Origin: Paraspadella gotoi
Lineage: Eukaryota; Animalia; Chaetognatha
NCBI GenBank assembly: GCA_051294375.1
Contig: CM119264.1
Coordinates: 26,781,199 to 26,845,198, forward strand
Reading direction: 5' to 3'
Length of the DNA: 64,000 nucleotides
The notes under the pieces are model-generated. The model saw only the letters and a program-made list of their open reading frames with translations. It did no database searches and was not told the DNA's origin. Shown piece after piece: positions 27,331 to 39,250 of the stretch (positions are counted from its first letter, which is position 1; each line of letters begins with the position of its first letter). The position numbers and the translations under genes were made by a program.

Positions 27331-28373
27331 CGATCAAAAAACCATTTGTAAATTGAATTGGATGAAAAAAGGAGTACTCCATTTTAGAACAGGATAAAAA
27401 ACCAAGGGAGAGAGAAACGGGAAGCGGCTTTCATCCTTTGGATTCAAGTGTTTCATCTTTCTCTCTTTCTCTGTCTCAATTGACTCTGTCTCTGTCTCTT
27501 CTTCGTCCTCTCTGTCACTTCTCTTACAGTGTGCGGTTATCTAGGTCCGTCCTACATCTGTCCTTTCATCGCTATCAGTTACAAGTTTTGTAGTTAAGTT
27601 TAAAAGTTAAAATTTCAGTTAAGTTTTCGTATTTATAAGTTTAAGTTTCATCATTAGAATTAAGTCGCCCCAAAAATTGTGTCCTGCTTCTTCTACTTTC
27701 CCAATATTATTTCTCTGATGCCTTTCATTTAATTGACATCAGGTCTAATGAAAGAGATGAAGCGTCGTTGGCGCATTGTATCGCTTTGGCGCCATGAAAT
27801 GAAACGATAGGCGCCGAAAACGTGGCGTTGATTGGCGCCGAAATATCAGTGTCACCCTACGCATGATTATAGAGATTGCAGTTACAATATCTGGCATCAA
27901 AGGTTGAGGACAATGCCAATGCTGATGCCAAGAATGATAGAAAACTTGTGAAAAACGCTTCTTTGAAACTGTTAAGTCAAAACTGCGGAATGAGACGAGG
28001 CTGATTGCTAAGGCGTTGGGAGACTTAGTAAAATGTTCCTCGTCGGCAAACAATGCTGCTTGGTAAGACGTTGGGCGTCGTCAGTCGATGGTGCTTGGTA
28101 GGACGTTGGGCGTCGCCAGGTCGAGACGAACCGAAGGAACGAGACTAATGGCGCCGGAGTCACCGAGTATCGTTTATCCGCTTCACCCGGCGCCGAGAAA
28201 TTCCGGAGGAACGAGATTAAATCGATATCCGGTTCCATTCGTCATTTTTCGGCAGCAGAGGGTTTTTTTTTCTCTTGCAATGGATGTATTGCAATTTGTT
28301 AACATGGTTTCCTTTTCCGAGGGAAAGGTTGAATGAAGACGGAGAAATATCGTGGAAAGGTGACTTGATCTCC

Positions 28374-28409
<36 letters not shown>

Positions 28410-29560
28410 CTCTCTCTCTCGATCAAAAAATACCATTTTGTAAATGGAATTGGACATTGAAAAAAAGAGAACGTACTCCATTCTAGAACAGGATAAAAAA
28501 CCAAAGGGGAGAGAGAAACGGGAAGCGCGCTCTTCATCCTTTGGATTCAAGTCGTTTCATCTTTTCTCTCTTTCTACTAGTTCTCAATTGGACTCTGTCT
28601 CTTGTACTCTTCTTCGTCCTTCTGTCACTTCTCTACAGTGTGCGGTTATCTTAGTTCGCTCCTGTCCTACATCTGTCCTTTCATCGCTATCAGTTACAAG
28701 CTTTTGTAGTTAACGTTTAAAACGTATAAAATTTCACGTTTAAGTTTCGTATTATAAGTTTAAGTTTCATCATTAGAATTAAGTCGCACCCAAAAATTGT
28801 GTCTCTGCTTCTTTCTACTCCCAATATTATTTTCTCTGATGCCTTCATTTAATTGACATCAGGTCTAATGAAAGAGATGAAGCTTGTCGTTCGGCGCATT
28901 GTATCGCTTTGGCGCCATTGAAATGAAACGATAGGCGCCGAAAACGCTGCGTTGATTGGCGCCGAAAATATCAGTCTGTCATTCCCTACGCCATTTGATT
29001 ATTAGAGATTGCAGTTACAATATCTTGGCATCAAAGGTTGAGGACAATGCCAATGCCTGATGCCTAAGAAATGAATTGACTAAAAACTTCGTGAAAAAAC
29101 GCTTCTTTAAAACTGTTAAGTCAAACTGGTCCCGGATAATGAGACGCAGGCTGATTGCTAAGGCGTTGGGGGAGGGCAGACTTAGGTAAAATGTTCCTCG
29201 TCGGCAATACAATGCTGCTTTCGGTAAGACGTTGGGGCGTTCCTCTCCATCGATTGGTGCTTGGTAGGGACCTTGGGCCGTCGCCAGGGTCGAGACGAAC
29301 CGAAGTAGAAACGAGCACTAATGGCGCCCGGAGTCACCGAGTTATCGTTTAATCCGCTTCACCCGGCCCGCCGAGAAAGTTCGGCTCTGGTAGGAACCGA
29401 GTCAATTAAATCGATATCCGGTTCCATTCGTCATTTTCGCAGCAGAGGGTTTTTTTTCTCTTGCAAATGGATCTGTATTGCAATTGTTAACCATGGTCTT
29501 CCTTTCCGCGGAAAGGTTTGAATGAAGAACGAGAGAAATATCGTGCGAAAGTTGAACTTA
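27331..29560. repeat. ~1.1 kb tandem near-duplicate: 27331-28380 vs 28420-29560
   Basis: Both start cgatcaaaaa..ccatttgtaaat; the second copy is insertion-rich; adjacent to an N gap. Confidence 0.93.
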
Positions 29561-29922
29561 TATGAGATGACGAGAATAGAGAGAGAGAGAGAATAGAAGA
29601 AAGAAGAGAGACGAGAGCAGAAGGAGAGCGAGGAATTAGGAGGAGAGAAGGGAGAGAGAAGAGATACGATGAGAGAACAGAGAGAGAGAGAAGAGAGGAA
29701 GAGTGAGGAGATGAGAGAGAGAGAGAGAGAGAGACCGTTCACTCTGTTTTATTCGGCGTTGAAGCAACTAAAACCTTTATGAGCAAAGAAGGAAAAAAAG
29801 GAAAAGAGGTTTGACTATCTCACGTCCAAAAAATTCGAAAAAACCTCGTAAAGCCGTAAAACATCCAGGATAAATTCTTTCTCTTTTCTCTCTCTCTCCC
29901 TCTCTCTTCTTCTTTCTCTTCA

Positions 29923-29975
<53 letters not shown>

Positions 29976-30449
29976 NNNNNNNNNNNNNNNNNNNNNNNNN
30001 TTTTTTTTCAATAAAAAAAGGAAAGCAAAGACCCGATGTTTGTGGTCGGCGTTTGATTGGCAGCCGAAGTCAAAAGCGATGAGAGAGATACAGTGGATTC
30101 CGGTCACTGCATATCGCGTCCGGTCGCGTCCGGTCGCTGCCTATCGCGTCCGAGCAGCCCGAGACAGCAATGGTGAAGGCCGAAGGAAGACACAATTTTG
30201 TTTAAATGACCAACTTGATTTTAAATTTTAAAATATTGTTGCTTTAAATCCTTAGATGTAAAGTTTATAAACCTAACAAAAAACAAATTATATTCATATC
30301 CATAAAAAAACCTATTTGACGAGACAACACATAAAATATAAAACATCTCTTGGTTGCAAGCTTTGAAATATTAAATATCTCCAGTTTCGTTACAGCCTTA
30401 TGTCCGATCCTTGCTAAGAGACACATTCTCCACTATCATTACTCTTTTC

Positions 30450-30620
30450 CAGCCTTTTCTATTTTCTCCAAGCTCTCTCCTTTCTTACAAGCTTTCCCCC
30501 TTCTAACCAAGCTCTCTCTCTTCTCACACAGCTTTTCCCTTGTTTCACCACACTCTCCCTTTCTTACAAGCTATCCCCCTTCTCACCAAGCTTTCTCCCT
30601 TTCATAAAGCGCTCTCCCTA
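30450..30620. repeat. ~21-bp degenerate tandem repeat (ttctcacaagctttcccc-like)
   Basis: About 7 recurrences of a ca(a)gct core spaced ~21 nt apart. Confidence 0.7.
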
Positions 30621-31651
30621 TCTTCCATGCCCTTGTATGCCCTATCACCATGCCGCCGCCCCTTTCCCCGCCACGCGCCACGTCTATTAAGCACGTTCTT
30701 ATCTATGGATCGAGCCAACGTTTTTTTTCTCTCCGACCAAAACATACGAGAGATGTTTTTTTTTTATTTATTGATAAATAATACGCGAATATGATAAATG
30801 AAAAGAGGTAAATACAGATCGTTTCATTTCTCTTTTTTTTTTTTTTGTTTGGTCCGTTGAAAAACAGAAAAAATATAACGATTCTTAACCTAAACATAAC
30901 TTTTAATAAATATACTTTTAACCTGACATCTGACGGCATCAAGGCGTCGAAAAACGAGCGAAAGAAAAGAAACAAAAGGACACCCTGCATCATGATCAAC
31001 CCTTTCCATAAACTTTCATGATCGCTTCCCATTTTTAGACTGAAAATTTCCTTATTTTTTATTTTTCAAAATTGTCTTATTTACGATCAGAATCATCGTC
31101 ATCATCATCATCATTACTGTACTAGAACTTCATGTTTTGATTTTTATTTCGAATGAGACAATTTCAATATAACGGTTTCACTTAAACAACCAAAAATATT
31201 AACATAATATAACTTTGGTCCCCCCCTCAAAAAATTATCTATTCCCACCCTTTTCTGTTCAGCCTCTTAGATATTATGATTTTTCTTTAATGACTTTCTA
31301 ACAAAAATGATGTGTGATATCTATTAGAAAACTAGGACAGATTGTGATTTAAACATTGTGTTGTATAGATGCCCTCTCTATTTCCAGAAGACAACACTGA
31401 CTTCCCCTTCCCAAAATGAGTTATTAGATTTAATGATAAGTAAAATATTTTTCAGAAAGAAAGCAATACATATTTGTTTAAATAATATAGATTAAATACA
31501 AAATTCTTCATAAAATATAAAAATAGAAAATAGTGAAACAAGTAATTTGCAAATTTTCATAAGGTGTCGACGCATAACAACAACAACAACAAGTCGTCAT
31601 CTGAGATTTCGATCCGACGTTTCGGACGCAGGAAGCGACGCGGTTGACGAC

Positions 31652-31792
31652 GCGTTTAGGGATGAAGTCGATGTCCCTTTTGAAGTTGACGTCGATGTTG
31701 TATTTAGAGATGAAGTCGATATCACGTTTCAGGATGAAGTTGATGTTCCGTTTAGGGATGAAGTCGACATCGCGTTTAGGAATGAAGTCGCG
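31652..31792. repeat. 24-bp minisatellite, ~6 units, open in frame on both strands
   Basis: Unit TTTAGGGATGAAGTCGATGTCCCT and variants; + reads FRDEVDVP, - reads KRDIDFIP. Confidence 0.85.
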
Positions 31793-32087
31793 TGGAGGAA
31801 AAATTTCAGTACATTCAGTAAATTTAGTATTACACGATAAAATTATCGAGCAAAACACGCCATCCATGCTTTTTCTACCTCTCTCTCTCTCTCTATCCTA
31901 CTCTATCATCTCCTCCTCTCTCTTTGTGTCTCCTGCACTGAATGGATGAATTTCCATTTGTTTAGAGATCGACGGGAGAGAGAATGCGCTGTTATCGAAC
32001 GCAAATATGCAAATGAGATTTGATCGATTGATTGTGATCGTTGAGGCGCGGATATTCGTGGAGAGGGAGGTGGGCATAGTTGTTGAC

Positions 32088-32142
32088 ATAGTGTTGGGCA
32101 TAGTTGTTGGCATAGTGGTGGACATAGTGGTGGGTATTGTGG
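32088..32142. repeat. 12-bp tandem repeat (gttgggcatagt-like)
   Basis: About 5 units; gives TTMP / GIVV repeats in ORFs. Confidence 0.7.
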
Positions 32143-32231
32143 TGCTTTTGGGATCCGAAGGAGAAGCCAAAGAGAAAGATATTTTTATTTTCAAGAAGGA
32201 ATGATAGGTGACTGAAAACTTCCATCTTTAA

Positions 32232-32327
<96 letters not shown>

Positions 32328-35321
32328 CAAAAACAGAGAGCGGGCTCTTCGAAAACGGAACAAAATGAAAAACAACAAAATGACGAATGACGTCTCGGAT
32401 GAAGCGAGAAAGAGCGCCGGGATATAAGAAAAGGAGCGAGAAACAGCGCCGCAATAATGAAAAGGCGCCGGAAAAGGCAAGAAAACGCCGGTACCGCAAT
32501 TGGATTCAGTTCACAACCCGTGGTCGACATTGACGAATGAATTCGGACCCTAGAGTTGTCCGTTGGCGCGCGTGTGGGCGTGAGGGCGAGTGGGCGAGTG
32601 GGCGTGTCCAACGGAGAAACGCCGTCGTTTCCGAGACGAGAGTAATTTAGCTGCCACTCATTGTTTTTGTTTTCGTATAGAATATATATTATATATATAT
32701 ATATGTCAAAATCAAGTGCAGATGCAGGAAGTTGAAGTCGCAGCCCGAACCTAATGCTGTTGTGGCATTGATTCCCCATTAAATGCCCTAACAATCTTCT
32801 TCAATCCTCATCTAATACGATTGTCGGATTTAATCTGCGTTAAATGCGATGATTCGAAAACAAGAATTTAAAGAAAAGTCCCACATAATGCTTTTGCGGC
32901 TTTCTAATCTCAATCAAATGTTGAGGAGTAATTCAATCCCCGTTTAATACTTACTAAAACCATTAAATGCGGTCAAACCCCGTTGCAGCATTCAATTCCC
33001 ATCTAATGCCGTTGCGGCATTAAATTCCAAATACCAATGCAAATACCGTGCCTGAAAGATTTTTGTTACCTCGTGTCGGGTCTATCTTTTTTAGTTCATT
33101 TGAAGTTGACCTCCAACCTTATCTTTCCATCGTTCTAGTCGCTTTCTCGTGGCTTTCTTTCGGCCCAAACCCGTCCACTTGTTATTCGATCAGAATCATT
33201 TTTAAAGAAAAGATCGGCCGTCTGGAACCGTAGTTTTTACGGATTCCAAGGATTTATTACAAACATTTATTCGAACATTTCATTGATTTGCCATGGATTT
33301 ATCTCTACGAAAAATACAAATAATTCACGATTTATTCTACATTTTTCGAACGTTTTCTTTACGCTTTAAGATTTAGTAAGATACTACGAAATCCTTGCTC
33401 TCTTGTCAAAATCTGTTCATTCCGACGGCGACGCCTCGAACGCGCGACCCGCAGGCATTAGAAAATGTGGACGGCCGTTTGCCTCTGATCGGCCGCCGTT
33501 AATACCTCTCTTCACCAAACTGATTGTAATTGTTTCAGAGAAGGAGGAGGAAGAGGGAGAAAGGCTGAGAAAAAAATGAAAAAAATTTTTTTCGAAAAGA
33601 ATAAACTTTTTCCTGCGAGGGAAAAAAGCACACGATTGTGTAACTGTTATCTTAGTTTCATTCCATACTTTCAAAAAAATTCGGTAGACACAGCGGAGCA
33701 GCAGCAACGGTACAACGCCCCAGCAGCGCAGATTTTATACCTACCGCAGGCCACAGCAGCCTCCGAACCCGCCGCAGCATTCTCTGCACCGCCGCGTCCT
33801 CGTCGCTTCGATCGAAAAAGCGTAAAAAAAAAAAAAAAGAAAATAAGGAAACTCGCGACGCCAAATGTTTACGCGACAAAAAAAAAAAAAGAAGAAAATC
33901 GGGATTATTTATGTCGAAGGTTCTCTCGAAAATTGCTTTGGTAATTATAAGCCTACAAAAACACTTTTCTTTCGCGTTTATGTTGTTGGACGACCCTGCG
34001 GTATGCCTTCCCCTCCCCCATAGGCCTAGCGCTTTGCTCCAACAGCCCGCAGCCATACCTCTACCCCCTGTCCCCCCACCCGAACACCGCCGGGGTCGTT
34101 CGTCGTGAAATTCCGCGATGGCGTCGGCGTAGCGTGAATGGAAATGTTTTTCTGTCCCGACGACATCGTCGTCAATCATCAGTGTTCGTCGTTGTTGTTG
34201 TCGTTGTTGTTGTTGTCCTCGTCGTTTCCCGCTTTTAATTTCCTCGTCATCGTTGGCATCGCAACTTTTAGATTTCGTCATGGTTGTCATTGGCGCATCC
34301 AATGGATTTTCGCTTCGGTCGTTTTTTTGTTTTCTCCTCATTGTCATCAGCTTCGTTGTCATTTACTTTGCATCGACGTCGTCGGTGTCGTCGTCGTCAT
34401 CGTCGTCGTCAGACCTCGGTTTGTCGGATCGGAAAAGGGAGCGGCTTTTTATCGAATGAATAAATTAAATGACAAATCGAGATGAAGTTTGACATAAAAA
34501 TACGCGTTTGCTCGATGTTTGTTTAACGTGTGGAAAATTATGTTAAAACATTGACGCTTTGACACGTGAAAGGAATGAAGGCTGTTCTAAATAGAAAATC
34601 AACTATTCTACTTAATAAATCTAAATCTAAATCTAAATCAACTAAATCTACTAATCTCGCTTATGCAACTAAATAAATCCTTATTAATGGACTAAAATTG
34701 AAACGAATATATATATATTATATATATATATATATATATCAAAAATGATATATATTGAATTCCGATAATTAAATCGTTGCAACGTTACCTAATTTTTAAC
34801 TCAACTCGTCACAACGCAACTTTCACTACTCAAGCAAAACTGACTCGGCGTTTCGCGTTTCTAGAAGTGGCGCGTGCGTGTGGTGATAGAGATGGCTTCA
34901 TGGCACTCTGAGATACTCGACGTTCGCTGTCAGAGATGGCAAAATATGGCGCTGTAGGAACTCACTTTCACAATCGAGATGGCGTACGCGGACTCGCTCC
35001 GGCTGACATCGTCGAAAAGAAATTCTTTACGCCCAAAAAAAAAACCGTTTAAACGTTGAAAAAAAAAAACAAAAGATCTCGCGACTCGTAAACATAACGC
35101 CATCTTTGAAAGAAAAGAGCGCGGGTTGCGGAAGAAAAACGGATTAAAAAACAAAAGCCTCGATTGAGAACAGATATGAGGGAAAGGAAGCGGGAAGAGA
35201 GCTTTGCCTTTTGCAATTAAAACTCAAGAAATGGACCATATAAGATGGAAAGAAGTGGCTGAGAGTAGTAGTATTGTACCGCGGGTGTACATATATTTTT
35301 TAGTCTCTTTATGCCAGTTGG

Positions 35322-35535
35322 TATTTAGTTGCGCCGCGAGTACTCGCGGAGCAACTTTTCGGTCGGTCTGTCGGTCGGTCGGTATGTCTGTCCGTCGGTC
35401 TTTCCCACTTACGTTAAAAATGCATATAATTTGCCTATAGTTAGTTTGTCATTTGATAAGACAGAAAAACCTCAAATCTGACGGACTGCTAGCGCCGCCT
35501 TCAGGAATTCCCTAAAACTATAAGGAATGAAAGAC
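35322..35535 (+). mobile_element. Short non-autonomous element with hairpin plus (GGTC/TGTC)n tract, DINE-1/HINE (Helentron-associated)-like; duplicate at ~45058-45265
   Basis: Palindrome AGTTGCgCCGCGAGTACTCGCGGaGCAACT (35327-35356) followed by tcggtcggtctgtcggtcggtcggtatgtctgtccgt; an independent copy lies in TSSK intron 7. The family label is by structural analogy only. Confidence 0.55.
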
Positions 35536-38500
35536 GGCATTTTGATACAGTGCAATGTCATAAATACATGGGAGAAGAAAGTTTTTTAGACATGTATGTC
35601 ATAGCATATGATCAAAGGAAAATACACATGAAAATAAAGTCACTTCGGAGCAACACATTGGAATTACCGATCTTATTTTCTTTTCATCTTTAAATTTCAT
35701 TTTTGGTCTTTTCTTTTAAATTTTTTTCCTATTTTTTCCTTCCTATTTCTTTCCTCCATTCCTCTTTCCTCTATTCCTCTTTCCCCTATTCCTCTTTCTC
35801 CATTCCTCTTTCCTCCATCTCTTCCTCCATTCCTCTTTCTCCTTCCCTCCTTTTCTCTCCTTCTTTTTCCTCGATTTAGGACGAGATTTTATCGAGCGAG
35901 AAAACAAAATTCGACCACTTTTTTTTCCTTTTTTTTCTTCAAAACGCGTGTTTGAATATTTTTTTATGTTTTTTAAGAGGAAATAATATTAAGGGCGTTT
36001 TCTCGCCCTTTTTTTTTACGAAAAAAAGGGGAAACGTTATTAAGGCTTTTTTATTTCCTTTCTTTTTAAAAATGTTTTTTTTGTTGTAATTTTCGTAATC
36101 GATTTGAAGGCAACAAAAATGCCAAACAAAGATGAAGAATTTTCGTTCGCACCCGGTGACCGTGTCGAAAGGTGGAGGGAAGGATGGGCGGAGGAAAGTG
36201 GGGTGAAGAAAGGAAAGAAGGGAGATCGAGATAAGAATTGGGTGAGTACTAAGTAGTGTGAATATCGGGCTGTTGATAAAGGAAAGATAAAGAAAAATAT
36301 ACGGAGTGTCTCAAAAGCCTTTGTAGATAAACCGAAACCTGGTAATGAATGGAATTTATACGTTCAAAAGACAAGGATGTCAAGTATAATTGACCTTATC
36401 GCCGAAATAATACAAGGTAATATTTTTAAGCATACTTCAAAACTATGCCATTTTGGGCCAGTTTCAGGTTCTTGCTACTACACTTTAAGGTAAGACAAAG
36501 AAGAGAAAAAATTTACTCGCTGGTTCGTCAGTTTTTATGGGTAACGGCTTAGTTACGTGTCTAATAATTTATAAAATAGTTATAAAAGTATTTCATTTCA
36601 TCATTTAGACTGAGATTAAGCGATTTTTAAATCGAATTGAAGATCTATGTTCAAATGTATTCCACGATGAAATTGGGGCGGTTGAATCTATTCTGCAAGA
36701 ATAGACTAAAGCAAGAAAATAAGCTTTCAGCGTTTTAAAAAAACATTTAATTAAGATTCCATTTGAATTTGATATTTGGTTGCTCTTGTATTTGTTTCAT
36801 TCGCTTTAGTTTTATTTGTAGTAGTTTTTAAGTTGGACTAGTATATTCTATGGATAACTTACGCTCAGCGTGTATCTTAGCATCAGGATAAGTATCAGTT
36901 TTCCGGTCGCCATTTTGCGGAATTTTTCGTGTCAAATCTGTGATTTCTTTGCTAAACATCGAAAAGGCGCAACCTATGGAGCATAAACTAAGTAATTTTA
37001 AAAAAGTGATTTAGAACCTCAATAATTTAACATATACTGCGAACATTGGTGTGACAGTAAATAAGAGTATAAAAGCAACATGATAAGACTTGCGGCAACC
37101 GTGGCACAAGATCGGCTGGGACGGACTACTACGTCGGAGCGATCAATTCGATTTGCGACAGGTAAGAAATGGTTTTTTTGACCAGGGTATAAAGAACGGG
37201 CCGGTGAAGATTCAGGCTGAGTATAGGTAAGGTAAATCCGGATAAGAATACCGCGAAGTACTCGCATTGCAGCCTGCAAAATAATTATGGAACGAAACCG
37301 TCTTTAAGATTATATAAGAGAGGAACAACTGATTAGCGGTAAAATAGATAAATATAGGCTGTGGTAATCAGTAAATGGCAAGATTTAATGTTAGTTTGGA
37401 AACTTTGGTGAATTTCAAACGAAGATAACGAAGAAAATAAGTTCCTGAGGAAACCTATAAAATTTCCCGAATTTGAATGGTTGCCTTTTGTACCGTGATT
37501 GAGACTTGCTGATGATCGTCACGGACTTCAAAGCAGCTCGTGACGTGCACTGATTACATTTCATCGAATTCGGACGAGAACAACAAAAAGATAAGAACTG
37601 TCCTATCGCAGTTTCGAAACGTTTTAGATTGTAGATTTTGCGAGCAATAGTCAGCCAAATGAGGTGCAAAAATATAATAGAACTATTGGACTGAACACTA
37701 TATGTCAATACTCGTGAATCTCCCATTGCAACTGATCTTGAAATACCCTTCATTTAATCAGTCACCTGCTCCATAAACCTACGCTCCATAAACCGAAGCC
37801 ACTTACTTACTCACCGGAATATCTTCTCCCTCTTCCTCCTCCTCCTCTTCCTCCTCTTCCTCCTCCTACTCTTCCCCATTTCCTCCTCCTCTCTTCCCCT
37901 TCTTCCCCCTCTTCTTCTTCCTTCCCCTCTTCCTCCTCCTCCTCTTCTCCCCTCTTCCTCCTCCTCAGCAGTCCGACCACGCGCTTCGATAAGGAAATAA
38001 AAACAGGTGATGACCTACCTAATCTCCCTTACCGTAATCTCTCGCCTCCTCACTCAACCTATTTCTTTCTCTTTCCTTTCTCTCTCTCTCTCCCTTACCC
38101 GCGCCCCGCGTTTTTCAGGTCGAGTTTCCGCCGATCGTCAAACGCAGAAGAGAGAAAAGACCGAACAGGATTTTTTTTTTGTTTTAAACCGCGAACAAAA
38201 TTGTAATTGAAATTAACATTAAAGTTAAGTTAATACTCAAATCAATTTTACAGAATACGTCAAAATCAATTTTACTATTAAACTAAACTAACAAAACTAA
38301 TGCATAACTCTCGAAAGAAAAGAAACGAATGTCAGATTTTATTCGACGACAAAAAATAAACAAACGTAAACAAACTTGCCGTCAATCGGCGTCGATTAAG
38401 AACGCCACGCCCCCTGGCGCTCCTCGCTCCACCGGAAGAAGGCGCGCGTAACTTAGGGGTTCTCACCCCGGGCGCCACGGATCGGCGTCGGTCATAGAAA

Positions 38501-38895
38501 TGGCGACGGAGAGGGCGTGGCACTTCCGGTTCACTGCGACCGATAGGATTTTTGGAATCAGGAGCCCCAGACGGAAGTCGTGTCTCTGCGACGTGTCGCT
38601 CGTCGATCGTCGTCGTCGTCGTATAACAAAAAGCCCTTCGTACGAACTGCTGAACAGTCCAGCGATCAAAACACTTGTATCTAAAAATTATGATTCTCTC
38701 TCTATCTTCTCTCTCTCTCTGTTTCTCCAAAACCTTCTCACGCTCTTCTGTTCTCTCTCTCTCGCTACCCCTCCCAAGCAGATTAACCGGCCGCTCTTCT
38801 CCGATCGGCGCCACGATCGACACCGCCTTCTCTCTCATCTGTCTCTCTCTCTCTCTCTCTCTCTTCTCCTCTCTCTCTCTCTTGTCTTCTCTCTC

Positions 38896-38933
<38 letters not shown>

Positions 38934-39135
38934 ATCCCTCTCTCTATTCTCTCTCTCTCTCTCTCCTCTCTTCTCTCTCTCTCTCTCTTTTTCTCTCTCT
39001 ATCGGCGCCACGAATCGACGCCGGTTCCTTCTCGATTCCACGGACGACGTCGAAACAATTAGGCGTCATTTGCTATTCCGGGAAAAGAATGGAAATTAAC
39101 GAACTCGAAAAATGGTGACATTTTCTGGGGATGAT

Positions 39136-39250
<115 letters not shown>

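Noticed and set aside
30089-30160. tacagtggattcc.. MITE-like start with short cggtcgcgtc repeats
   Set aside because: No partner inverted terminus was found in the window.
31564-31646. + strand frame ending ISIRRF-GRRKRR (RFamide-like)
   Set aside because: Single short motif, no linked signal exon, easily arises by chance in CG-rich sequence.
31652-31792. CRISPR-like array
   Set aside because: Units are contiguous with no unique spacers, the context is eukaryotic and there are no cas genes.
36300-37760. Possible Tc1/mariner-like terminus (tacggagtgtctcaaaa) and decayed transposon body
   Set aside because: No clean matching TIR or transposase motif could be read; both copies are too noisy.
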